Positions 10,121-20,187 of a DNA stretch of 41,147 nt are shown piece after piece. The notes under the pieces were generated by a model that worked only from the letters and a program-made list of their open reading frames with translations, was not told where the DNA came from and searched no databases. The position numbers were made by a program, and so were the translations under genes. The stretch lies in the NCBI GenBank assembly GCA_016839515.1, contig JAEOUE010000206.1, forward strand, positions 1 to 41,147. The letters run 5' to 3'. Positions within the stretch are counted from its first letter, which is position 1. Each line of letters starts with the position of its first letter. This stretch comes from Candidatus Hodarchaeum mangrovi. GTDB taxonomy: Archaea; Asgardarchaeota; Heimdallarchaeia; Hodarchaeales; Hodarchaeaceae.

Positions 10121-13100
10121 ATTATTTATAGAAAACAAGAGAATAATGTCTTTATTCTCATTAGTTTTCTACTCCTCCTGATAATACTACTTCAACCAAT
10201 AACTCAAATAAATTTTTTAGCTGAATCTAAGTCTCCTAGATTTATAATTGATCAAAAAGTCCAATTTCTAAGGAATTATGACCTTTTATTTTTTCAAGAT
10301 CACATAAAAATAGCTGATTGTAAAACTGATTCCTCTACCCTACATGATCAGATTATGCACGAAAAACAGTATAATTCTTCATCTTATCTCAGAGCTGGTA
10401 TTTCATCCAATATTTGGAGTCAACCATCTTATAGTTATCGGAAAGTTATTACAATCAATTCTTCTAAAATAAATGCTGATTTAGAAAACTTTCCAGTACT
10501 TATTGTACTATTTGATGATTCTTTACGTTATCATACACAAGCAGATGGGGATGATATCATATTTGTTGACCAAAACGATAATATTTTAGCTCATGAACTT
10601 GAATATTATGATGTTACTTTTAACTCTACTCATGCTCATTTGATTGCTTGGGTTTGTCTTCCAAAATTATCTAGTCAAAATGATACATCTTTTTTTATGT
10701 ATTATGGAAATCCTAATGCTGCTAATCTTGAAAATCCAAATAATGTATGGGACAGATATTATAGAGCTGTTTGGCATTTAAGTGAAAGTGGAGATGGGAG
10801 TATAAATGATTTTATTGATAGTACAATTTATAATAATCATGGCCAAGGGAACGGAGGAATACCTACACAAATCGATGGTATAATTGATTCAGCACAAGTC
10901 TTCAATAGTACAAATGAAGAGTATATTTCCATTCCAAATTCTATTAGTTTACAAATTCTCCAACATTTAACGATTGAAGCTTGGGTAAAAAATACTGGTC
11001 CAAGTGGAGCTTATATGGGAATTGCAGGAAAATTAGATGATACAGATGATAATGGTTATGCATTAGTTAGACATTCTGATAATAAGTTCAAATTTTGGGT
11101 AGGGGATGGAACTATGACAAGTGCTGATAGTGATACAACTTTTACAGATACTAATTGGCATCATGTGGTTGGAGTAATTGATAATGGTATCAATTACCTT
11201 TACGTGGATGGTAAATTACAAATAGATACCGATGATAATACTTTGGTAGATAGCGGAAGTATAGGACATATTGGTAGGCAATATTATAATTATAATGACC
11301 GATTTTGGAATGGTCTTATTGATGAGGTTAGAATTTCAAATGTCTCACGATCTGCAGATTGGCTCACCACGGAGTATAATAACTATTATCAACCTTATTC
11401 ATTCTATTCTATTGGTTTTCAAGAAATTTATAACGACTGGGGAGCACCTGCATTTGAATATAAGAAAGAAATTGTCATTAATCATGAAAAAGTACACGCA
11501 GACCTTTATGATTTTCCTATGTTACTAAGTATCTATGATACTGATCTAAGGATCCATACACAGGCAGATGGAGATGACATTTTGTTTTTAGATGAATTTA
11601 ATCAAAAATTAGACCATGAGATTGAGTTATTTGATTATATTAACGCAACCCATGCTTATATACGAATGTGGATTCGCATTCCCCTGCTTTCAAGCACAAC
11701 TGACAAGAAAATCACTATGTATTATGGGAATCCTACATTTGAAAGTATCGAGAATTCTGCTGGTGTATGGATGAATAATTATGCGGGTGTTTGGCATTTA
11801 GGTCCTAGTTTGCAGGATTCTACCTCATCAGGTATCAATGGAACAAAACATGGAACAACGGATGAAACTGCTGTAATTGGATTAGGACAAAAATTTGATG
11901 GTATTGATGATTATATTCAATTAGGAGTATGGGACCCTAAAATAGGATCAGGGAACTATACTATATCAGCTTGGATTCAACTTGATAATGCTTTTAATAC
12001 TAGCTCTAGTGAATCTATGCCTATTTTTGGTCACTATTATAATTCTTCATATAATATGGCGTTTACTTTTGCAGGACAGGATAATTCTCACGGTAGTAAT
12101 GGGATACTATATTGTAAAACTGAAGGTTATACTTGGTATGGCAACTACGACTATATTGACAGTATTACTTCATCTTGGGCCGCATCAACATGGTTTTATC
12201 TTGTATGTTCTGTTGATCAAGATAATAGCATTGGCACAATTTATATTAATGGTATAGGCGAAGGCTCTATGAGTAACACAGGTACACCAACTTTCGGTTC
12301 ATTTGGAAATTATTCAATTGGTCGAATTGACCTAGATCAGACCCCAAGTGAGACTCTAAAATTTTTTGAAGGAATAATTGACGAACTACGCCTTTCAAAA
12401 AGAGTTTTAGCAGAAGGATGGGTAATAACTGAATATGAAAATCAACTAAATCCACAAAGTTTTTATTCAATCAACCTTCAAGAACTTAGAGATCTAAATA
12501 CTACTAAAATATCGGAAATGATTATTGATACTAATGTATATGATGCAACAGATGAGTATAATCCTGGACCTAATGTAGTTTTTATTAATGATAGTCATGG
12601 ATATGCATTTTTCCAAAAAACAAATGGTGGCATATCTGAAATTGTTTATTATAAAACCACTGACAATGGTTTCAGCTGGAATGGACCAATAAATATAGAT
12701 TGTGGTCCTCCTATATATCGTTTCAGAAGTTTTTCCTGCTGGTATGATCGTTGGACTCCAGGAAATTATGGAACAAAGATTCACTTTATAGCAAATTCTA
12801 TTGATTATGATGAAATGGTATATAATAGTTTAGACACAAAAAATGATGAGACAGGTGGAAATTGGCAACGAGTATTAGACTCAGGAGGAGCTCATAATGC
12901 ACCTGATGGGGGTGGTACAGTTACGATATCAACAGAAACATATCGATTTTGTGCTTCTTGGATGACAAATGGGCCTCAATTCGCTAAATATGATACTAGT
13001 TTTCATGATATTACTCCCTTATATTCTATTCTAGATGACGATGATGATCATGGTCAGCTTCTTCCTTTGAGTAATGGTGACATTCTTTGTATTTATGAAG

Positions 13101-16100
13101 ATGTAACAGCCAATGAACTTTATTCATTTGTATATCATGAGTCCTTAGATGCATGGGACAACAACCCTACCTTTTTAGCTACAATTACAACAGGAACAGA
13201 AACACCTGAGGACGATTACAATAATAATGCAAACTGGGGTGCTGTACTAGATCCAAATACCTTCAATATTTATTTAGTTTTTAATAACGATGTATTTAAT
13301 GCAACAGGGGATTTAGAAACGTGGATTTTTTATGATAGTAATCGAACTTGGAGTCATCGTTCAAATGTAGTTACAAATGTAGGTATAATGGGAGATGAAG
13401 TGAAACCAGCCTTTGATCCTTATTCAGATACACTTTTTGCTATTTATATTATTGGAAATGATATTTTTGTCAAAAATTCAACCGATGGTGGACGGACATG
13501 GGGAGAAGAGATTGAAGTTAGTATTGCATCCGAATCTTGGATTGTTCTTCGAACAAATTTTCTTTCAATTGATAAAATTTTTGCAATCTATTTTGACGAT
13601 GTAAATGATGATGTTTATGGAGCAATTGTTGTTGATTTGGAACATAAACTAGATAATGCAACCATTCAGGTAAATGTTCTAGATTTAGATAACAAATTAG
13701 TTGAGAATGCGCAAATAACGTTAACTAATTCTCAAAATAGCTCTCTTACTTGGACCAAAAACACAACTTTTCAGGGGATGGCTATTTTTACTAATCTCAC
13801 ATTTAATTATTATAATTTAACAGTGAAATACAAATCATCAATTAATGATTCACTTGCATTTCTTGAAGTTTTTAGTTATTCTGATTTTCAGATTACTCCC
13901 TATTTTGAATATACTATAAGAATTGCTGAATATTCTGATGAGACACCACCTATAATCCAAAATATACATTTTGAAAATCAATCATTAATATTCAATAATG
14001 TTTCTACCTTTTTTGCTGATGTTTGGGATGATAGTAGTTCCATTGTGGTTAAACTAAATCTTACTGTTACAAATATTTCAAATGGTTTCATTTTCATTCA
14101 AGGTAATTTCACCATGCAACATCTATCTTCAAATACTTATTATAATAAGACTGCTTTGGATTCTCTATTGGAAAGGAATGTAGAGGTAATTTACAATATT
14201 ATCGCAATTGATATTGCAAATAATTCATTCTCATCATCATATTACTTTGTGTACTTAGGGGATAATTTTGCTCCTATTATTGTTGATTATAATGCTATTG
14301 ATTTTAAAAATGGCACAGTGGAATTTTATACAAATGTTACTGATAATATGAGTTCAATTCAGGATCCAGTCATAATTCAGATTGATGGAGAATTGTTTAG
14401 TATGCATAGAAATGAATCTGGATTCTGGGTCTATCGAACATTTGCACAATATGGTATTAGTTTAAATTATTCGATTTATTCAGTCAAGGATATAATAGGA
14501 AACGAAAATGGTTCCAAACTTTATACATTAACCCCTTCACATCGAATCATTATTCCTGCTGACTTGGAAGCCCCTATTATTATAGATATAGGGCATACGT
14601 TTAATTCACATGATAATGGCTTTGTTGATTTCTTTGTTTCTATTGAGGACCAAAACAATTACCAAAGCGGAGTTAATACCAGTAGTATCCTAATATTTTT
14701 TTCAGAAGATGGTGTTAATAGTACCTATTCTATGGTTGAATTTGAAGATTTATATTATTTTAGAAAGCAATTCGAGTTTAATATAACAGTAATTTATTGG
14801 ATTTCTGCAGCAGATCTTGCAGGTAACATATTTATTGGACTAATCCAAGGGCCGTATATTATGCGGGATGTTATTGATCCAATAGTCTCTTATTGGAATG
14901 TAGATCAAGGAAATGGTACAATTGATTTTTTTGCAGAAGTAATCGATTGGCCTTTCAATACTACTTCTGTTTTTTTAGTTTTCACTCAAGATTACTTTGG
15001 AGAATGGACTAATCTTTCAATGAGTAAAAAAACAAATACTTCCTTTCATATACGAGTACCATCCCTAGATTATCATCAGAAAAATGTCTGGTTTTATATT
15101 TGTGCTGTTGATGAATATGGAAACTGGAATAATAATGGGATATATCAAACTGCTAATATTCTACTAGAAGATTCTATACAACCAGTCATTTTTTTAACTG
15201 TTGAAAATTCTACAACAAATGATTGCGAAATAACAGTCTTTTCATATGCTACTGACTCTTTTGGAGATAATTTTTATGTTAATAATACATTCTGGATAAA
15301 ATTTCACTTTTCAAATTATTCGATCACACAAGAAATGATTTATGATACTTTTTATCGCTACTATTACAAGTACACATTTTCATTTAATGAAAGAGTCGAG
15401 ATTCTAGTATGGGTTGAAGATAACGCACATAATGTTGGGATGATAAATAAGACAATAACAATTGTGGATCTTACCCCACCTCGCATTGATTCCTATGGAA
15501 TAGACAATCATCAAAATGGGAATCTCACAATTTGGGCTCTTATTATAGAAAGTGAAAATGGAAGTGGTCTTCTTGATAATGACTCAGCAGTTTTATTAAA
15601 CTTCATTTATACTTCTGCAAAGACTGTAACAATGAGCTGGAATGGATCAGGGAATTATTTTAGCTGTACTCTTCAGGATTTTTTCCCTGGGCAAGCTTTT
15701 ACTTATAATATAACAGCTTTTGATAAAATGGGAAATAGTCAGAGTACTACATGGAATCCTTATTATGTAAAGGATAATACTGCTCCTTTTTGTTCAGATT
15801 ATGGAGTAAAGTATGAATATTGTAATCATACAGCAATTTCATTGTTGTTTTGGGCAGAAGCTTATGATTCTTATGGTTCAATCAAGAATTTAACCTTAAA
15901 TTTATATAATAATAACCTTAGTCAAATCTTAGAATTATTTTCAAATGGAACACATTATATTAAAAAAGCAGAAATAGGATGTAATCAAAGCTATAGTTTT
16001 TATTTAACTGTATTTGATGGTGAGTTAAATTCCCACACAGTATATTCTACTGAACTCAAAACCCTAGATTTCTGTTCGACTGAAATAATCGATTATGATA

Positions 16101-17719
16101 TAGAATACATTTACTCAAATATGACTATTGGGACTGTTCGTTTATGGTTGCTAGTTTTTAACCCTTTTAACGATCATGAGGTTTACATTAGTATCTGGAA
16201 TTATACATCCGGAATAATTCTGAAAGATAGAATCCTGATGGTTTCAAACGGAACTCATTTAATTTTTGATCTAAAAATCCCTTATAACTTTCTTTTCAAT
16301 TATTTAATTGATGTAAATGACCCAGGAGAAACAACAGGATATTATATTTTAGAGAATATTTCTGGTACTCATCGAATGCTAGATATTTGGCCTCCGAGTA
16401 TCAATGAAGTAGGTATATGGAAAATAAACGATACTTCAATACTTATTTGGGCTAATGTAACCGATGAAGGATCAGGAGTTTTTAATGTATACGCGTATAT
16501 TGAATTTCTGGAGCAAGATAAAATTGTTGGATTTGGCTCTACAATCCAAGCTAAAAAAACTCTAATGGAATTTAACCAGACCCATTACATCTCTTATTTA
16601 GTTTTTACGAAACCTTCTACATTGATATGGTACATCGAGGCATCTGACAACGTAAATCTTCATATAAACAGTATTTCTAAAACATTTGAGTTCCAATTTG
16701 AAATGGGAAATCCTATTCAATTTTCAAGTATTCCTCTTGAAATGATTATTGTTGCTATAATAGTAGCTTTATGTGGATTTATTCTTCTCCTAAGTATTTC
16801 AAAAACCTATAAAAAACGAAAAATAAAAGAAATGCAACATATTAATTTACTAGAGGAAAAATTAAAGTCAATACTTGATGTGTATATGGTTTTAGTTACC
16901 ATAGGGTCAGGATTACCTGTATATTCAATAAATAATTTTATTTATCGATCAACGAGAACAATTCAGAGTGAATTAAGTGGTCTCTCGGTGGGAATTGATA
17001 CATTTTTAGAATCATTCCAATCAGATTTCATTAGTTATCTTTTAGAGCCAACTCCCAACACTGAAGTAAATAATCTATCAGATAATGTTCGATTAAGTGT
17101 CATAGATAAAAATAAGTTTAAAGTTTTAATTATTTCCTCAATAAGTTTCAAAATATTTATTTTTATGAAGGAAGTACCTTTACAATTCATGAAAACTACT
17201 TTTAGAAAGATTATTCTTTTATTAGAAGAAAAAATTACCTTGAATCAACTAGGAGTTATCGACGAGTCACTCATTACTCCAGTTGTGATGGAAATTATTC
17301 AACAATTTTTTCCAATAAATTTACTTTCTCCATTTAAGGTCAATATAAATCGATTAATAGATATTGAAAAGGAAATAGAATTAGGTAAAATGAAAAGCCT
17401 CTCTAAATCATCTCTAAACGCTCTTAAACGACTGATTACTATAAAATTTAGTCATGAAGCTCGCTCAATAAAAGAGAATGATCAGATAGACCTATATAAC
17501 ACACTTTTAAAAGCAGGTCGATTTAATGAAGAAGTACCCTTTTTATACAATGAAGCACTTGAGCTATTGAAAAAAGTTTTAAAAATTCGATGTGAAGAAA
17601 TCTATGAGATTCTTTGGTTAGGAAGTTTACCATCAATGAATCTATTTCTTCCCTACAAATTAACTGAAGATATTGACCATATGGATTCTTTAAATGCAGA
17701 AAGGGAACAAGATGGCTAA
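10121..17719 (+). CDS. Giant single-pass surface protein: 2x(DUF2341+LamG), Asp-box propeller region, Ig-like repeats, TM helix, ~300-aa cytoplasmic domain (start uncertain; track start 10355)
   Basis: Two tandem 'YRK.I.IN...DL.NFPVL...QADGDDI.F...MYYGNP...VWHL...IDE.R.S...W..TEY.N' modules; Asp-boxes TTDNGFSW and STDGGRTW; repeated D..(A/P)P.I boundaries; TM IIVAIIVALCGFILLLSI followed by KKRKIK. Frame is open upstream to 10109 and encodes a signal-peptide-like stretch. Confidence 0.85.
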   Translation: MIYRKQENNVFILISFLLLLIILLQPITQINFLAESKSPRFIIDQKVQFLRNYDLLFFQDHIKIADCKTDSSTLHDQIMHEKQYNSSSYLRAGISSNIWSQPSYSYRKVITINSSKINADLENFPVLIVLFDDSLRYHTQADGDDIIFVDQNDNILAHELEYYDVTFNSTHAHLIAWVCLPKLSSQNDTSFFMYYGNPNAANLENPNNVWDRYYRAVWHLSESGDGSINDFIDSTIYNNHGQGNGGIPTQIDGIIDSAQVFNSTNEEYISIPNSISLQILQHLTIEAWVKNTGPSGAYMGIAGKLDDTDDNGYALVRHSDNKFKFWVGDGTMTSADSDTTFTDTNWHHVVGVIDNGINYLYVDGKLQIDTDDNTLVDSGSIGHIGRQYYNYNDRFWNGLIDEVRISNVSRSADWLTTEYNNYYQPYSFYSIGFQEIYNDWGAPAFEYKKEIVINHEKVHADLYDFPMLLSIYDTDLRIHTQADGDDILFLDEFNQKLDHEIELFDYINATHAYIRMWIRIPLLSSTTDKKITMYYGNPTFESIENSAGVWMNNYAGVWHLGPSLQDSTSSGINGTKHGTTDETAVIGLGQKFDGIDDYIQLGVWDPKIGSGNYTISAWIQLDNAFNTSSSESMPIFGHYYNSSYNMAFTFAGQDNSHGSNGILYCKTEGYTWYGNYDYIDSITSSWAASTWFYLVCSVDQDNSIGTIYINGIGEGSMSNTGTPTFGSFGNYSIGRIDLDQTPSETLKFFEGIIDELRLSKRVLAEGWVITEYENQLNPQSFYSINLQELRDLNTTKISEMIIDTNVYDATDEYNPGPNVVFINDSHGYAFFQKTNGGISEIVYYKTTDNGFSWNGPINIDCGPPIYRFRSFSCWYDRWTPGNYGTKIHFIANSIDYDEMVYNSLDTKNDETGGNWQRVLDSGGAHNAPDGGGTVTISTETYRFCASWMTNGPQFAKYDTSFHDITPLYSILDDDDDHGQLLPLSNGDILCIYEDVTANELYSFVYHESLDAWDNNPTFLATITTGTETPEDDYNNNANWGAVLDPNTFNIYLVFNNDVFNATGDLETWIFYDSNRTWSHRSNVVTNVGIMGDEVKPAFDPYSDTLFAIYIIGNDIFVKNSTDGGRTWGEEIEVSIASESWIVLRTNFLSIDKIFAIYFDDVNDDVYGAIVVDLEHKLDNATIQVNVLDLDNKLVENAQITLTNSQNSSLTWTKNTTFQGMAIFTNLTFNYYNLTVKYKSSINDSLAFLEVFSYSDFQITPYFEYTIRIAEYSDETPPIIQNIHFENQSLIFNNVSTFFADVWDDSSSIVVKLNLTVTNISNGFIFIQGNFTMQHLSSNTYYNKTALDSLLERNVEVIYNIIAIDIANNSFSSSYYFVYLGDNFAPIIVDYNAIDFKNGTVEFYTNVTDNMSSIQDPVIIQIDGELFSMHRNESGFWVYRTFAQYGISLNYSIYSVKDIIGNENGSKLYTLTPSHRIIIPADLEAPIIIDIGHTFNSHDNGFVDFFVSIEDQNNYQSGVNTSSILIFFSEDGVNSTYSMVEFEDLYYFRKQFEFNITVIYWISAADLAGNIFIGLIQGPYIMRDVIDPIVSYWNVDQGNGTIDFFAEVIDWPFNTTSVFLVFTQDYFGEWTNLSMSKKTNTSFHIRVPSLDYHQKNVWFYICAVDEYGNWNNNGIYQTANILLEDSIQPVIFLTVENSTTNDCEITVFSYATDSFGDNFYVNNTFWIKFHFSNYSITQEMIYDTFYRYYYKYTFSFNERVEILVWVEDNAHNVGMINKTITIVDLTPPRIDSYGIDNHQNGNLTIWALIIESENGSGLLDNDSAVLLNFIYTSAKTVTMSWNGSGNYFSCTLQDFFPGQAFTYNITAFDKMGNSQSTTWNPYYVKDNTAPFCSDYGVKYEYCNHTAISLLFWAEAYDSYGSIKNLTLNLYNNNLSQILELFSNGTHYIKKAEIGCNQSYSFYLTVFDGELNSHTVYSTELKTLDFCSTEIIDYDIEYIYSNMTIGTVRLWLLVFNPFNDHEVYISIWNYTSGIILKDRILMVSNGTHLIFDLKIPYNFLFNYLIDVNDPGETTGYYILENISGTHRMLDIWPPSINEVGIWKINDTSILIWANVTDEGSGVFNVYAYIEFLEQDKIVGFGSTIQAKKTLMEFNQTHYISYLVFTKPSTLIWYIEASDNVNLHINSISKTFEFQFEMGNPIQFSSIPLEMIIVAIIVALCGFILLLSISKTYKKRKIKEMQHINLLEEKLKSILDVYMVLVTIGSGLPVYSINNFIYRSTRTIQSELSGLSVGIDTFLESFQSDFISYLLEPTPNTEVNNLSDNVRLSVIDKNKFKVLIISSISFKIFIFMKEVPLQFMKTTFRKIILLLEEKITLNQLGVIDESLITPVVMEIIQQFFPINLLSPFKVNINRLIDIEKEIELGKMKSLSKSSLNALKRLITIKFSHEARSIKENDQIDLYNTLLKAGRFNEEVPFLYNEALELLKKVLKIRCEEIYEILWLGSLPSMNLFLPYKLTEDIDHMDSLNAEREQDG

Positions 17720-18188
17720 TAACACCTTTTCAGACCCAATAATCTATCGACAAAATATTAAACTTAAATACGCTGATCTTGTTTGGGAATTATACTTACA
17801 CCAAGATATTATCAAACGATTTTTAGACAAGGAATATTTTGGATCCCTCAATTCTATAGTTCAGTTATTTCTTCAATATGTTGTTAAGGAATGGGCCTGT
17901 CCAAACTGTTTACAAATTATCCTGCCTTTTATGGAAAATTGTATTGAAGTTCTTCCACCAAATGGGGATATAGTTTATGTCTATTCTAAGGAATACATTT
18001 GTCGATTTCCTGTTCTTTTTTGCCCACATTGTTTATCACAGATCGTAGTGATTGCTACTAATGAATACAGTGAATTATTTGAGTTTAAATATCGATTAAT
18101 TAATGGCGTTATTTTTAATCTTGATACAAGTAAAATTCTCACAACCTCTGAGATTAAAAATTTAGGTTTGATTATTAGGAAATCCTAA
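17712..18188 (+). CDS. Hypothetical Zn-ribbon protein, translationally coupled to the giant protein
   Basis: CPNC and CPHC pairs; ATG 17712 overlaps the upstream stop (17717-17719); track start 17694. Confidence 0.65.
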   Translation: MANNTFSDPIIYRQNIKLKYADLVWELYLHQDIIKRFLDKEYFGSLNSIVQLFLQYVVKEWACPNCLQIILPFMENCIEVLPPNGDIVYVYSKEYICRFPVLFCPHCLSQIVVIATNEYSELFEFKYRLINGVIFNLDTSKILTTSEIKNLGLIIRKS

Positions 18189-18302
18189 TCATATTCTTGC
18201 AACAGATTATAAGGTCAATTGCTTTTAATGAAAAAAATGGAATTTTAATAATTAGTATTATTTTAGATAGATTAAAAGGAAAAAAAAGAGAATAAAAATA
18301 TA

Positions 18303-19667
18303 TTATGGATAGTTAGGAAGGTATTTTAATCCACTTTGACCCCATGAATTAAGAGCTGCATTTAATTCAGGATATTCAGATTCATGCTCATCAACAAAAT
18401 CTTCTAGATCCTCACTAGCCTCATCTAGATGGCTGACACCTATATCAATAATTTGTCGGAAAGCTTTAGTCCCTGCATAAGTCCCTTTTGGGTGACTATG
18501 GATTGCAGAGCCCGCTCCAATCATAATATCTGTACCGAGGTCTTTAATTAATTTTAAAACAATTCCTGGAGTTACACCTCCAGCAGGCATAGGTAAGGTG
18601 GGTTTTAGATGCCAAAAAGGATAACGTAAGACAGTGGCACAGGCAAAATAACGATCACGAAGAAAAGGAGCTTTCCCATAAACTCCAGGATAAACAAGGA
18701 TGTCTAATCCTGCCATTCGTGCGAATTTTCCCATAATTAAATTCGAAGAGATTCCTGACACTTCTGATTCATAAAATACTCCTGCATGATCCATATGACC
18801 TAAAACTGGTAATTTAATACTAGGATCTTCAGTAACCGTTCTAACTGCAGCTAATCCTGCTGTCAAGTAATTAATCATTAGTCCATTTGTACCATATGAA
18901 ATTGCTTTCTCTGCATGATCGATCATCTTTGTAGGTTCATCAGTGATATTAACTAAATAAATTGTATCTTCACCAGTTTCCTCTTTAGCTTTATCCACTT
19001 GTTCCATATTTTTTGTTATTCGTTCTTCTAGTGGTAAATATTTGATATTACCTGCCAAACTTTCATTGTCCTTAATAAAATCAGCTCCTCCTCTCGCAGC
19101 TTCATAAAATGTCTTAATTCCGTCTTCTATTGTGTATGCGTGATTTATATTGGTTAACATTGGTCGTTCTGGAATTTTTAATTGTTTTCTTAATCCTTGA
19201 ATCCCAAATTTTGGTCCCTTGAAATTTTGAAGAAATTCAGAAGGAAATTGTACATCTAGGAGCTTAACTTTTCCCCCTAAGGATATATTACCTGCTAATG
19301 TTGTTAATAACAAGGGAAATTGAGGTTCTAGTCCTTCAATTGGATATGCGATCTGAATAATGTATTGACGTTCCTTCAAGTCTGGTGGAACACTGATTTC
19401 AAAAGGAGGAGTACTATAAAGCCCAATAACTTTTCCCGCAAATTTTTTAAGTATATCTTTTGGATCCGAAGTGACAGGCAAAAAGGATCCAATCGTTTGT
19501 TCTTTTACCATTACCCTCCCGATATAATAAGGATCTAAATTACCCGCTAAACAAATATAATAAGTACCTATGACATATTTTTCAGGTTCGATTGATTCAT
19601 GGATTCCTTCAAGATAATGTCCCCATTGTTGTTCTGCATAATCATCAAATTTATTCACTTTTGGCAT
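18303..19667 (-). CDS. RuBisCO-like protein (form IV / RLP), divergent active site
   Basis: EQTIGS, LAGNIS, GPKFGIQGLR, GGADFIKDNE, YLVNIT, RMAGLD, PMPAGG, IHSHPKG...G.KAFRQ; lacks the K175/K177 motif; GGAG SD. Confidence 0.92.
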   Translation of the reverse strand: MPKVNKFDDYAEQQWGHYLEGIHESIEPEKYVIGTYYICLAGNLDPYYIGRVMVKEQTIGSFLPVTSDPKDILKKFAGKVIGLYSTPPFEISVPPDLKERQYIIQIAYPIEGLEPQFPLLLTTLAGNISLGGKVKLLDVQFPSEFLQNFKGPKFGIQGLRKQLKIPERPMLTNINHAYTIEDGIKTFYEAARGGADFIKDNESLAGNIKYLPLEERITKNMEQVDKAKEETGEDTIYLVNITDEPTKMIDHAEKAISYGTNGLMINYLTAGLAAVRTVTEDPSIKLPVLGHMDHAGVFYESEVSGISSNLIMGKFARMAGLDILVYPGVYGKAPFLRDRYFACATVLRYPFWHLKPTLPMPAGGVTPGIVLKLIKDLGTDIMIGAGSAIHSHPKGTYAGTKAFRQIIDIGVSHLDEASEDLEDFVDEHESEYPELNAALNSWGQSGLKYLPNYP

Positions 19668-19889
19668 TTGGGTGATCTCCCAGTATATTTATGAAAATCT
19701 TACAAAAAAAGGAATGGTATTTCAGACCTATATTACTTTTTGGAATGTCTTAATTTTGATAGAAGAGGTCAATTTTATAATAAATATCCTTTTACTATTC
19801 TTAAATTTCTTTTCTGCCAACAGGACATCTATGATTACTTTTTGAGAAAATAAAAAAAATAAAAGGAAGAGAAAAAAGGGTAAATTAAT

Positions 19890-20101
19890 CTATAAAGCCT
19901 TTTTCTGTGTATAGTGATTCTTTCCGATTAGATGCCAAAGAAATGCTCCTATTGGTCCTAAAAAAACAAGAATGATGACCCAAACTACTCTATCCTCCTC
20001 CATATAAGGAGTATTAAGGTAGTTTACCAAGGCGACAAACCAGAAAAGAAATAATCCAAATCTAATAACTAATGCAATTGGTATTATGGGAAAAAAAACA
20101 T
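19890..20101 (-). pseudogene. PLD-nuclease N-terminal-like (PLDc_N) small membrane protein, frameshifted in a T8 run after the ATG
   Basis: Adding one T to the run (A8 at 20091-20098 on +) gives MFFFPIIPIALVIRFGLFLFWFVALVNYLNTPYMEEDRVVWVIILVFLGPIGAFLWHLIGKNHYTQKKAL*, with the 'W..IL.F.P.IG..L....G' PLDc_N pattern. Confidence 0.65.
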
Positions 20102-20187
20102 TAAATCATCTACTTGATGAAACATAAGAAATCATCATAAATCCCTAGATTGTCCCCTTTTTAAAACTTAATAATGTAGGCTATAAA

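Noticed and set aside
11271-13604. Short alternative-frame and antisense ORFs inside the giant gene
   Set aside because: Fully nested in a well-supported CDS; no motifs
18303-19667. Bona fide CO2-fixing RuBisCO (form III)
   Set aside because: K175/K177, D203 and S379 equivalents are missing
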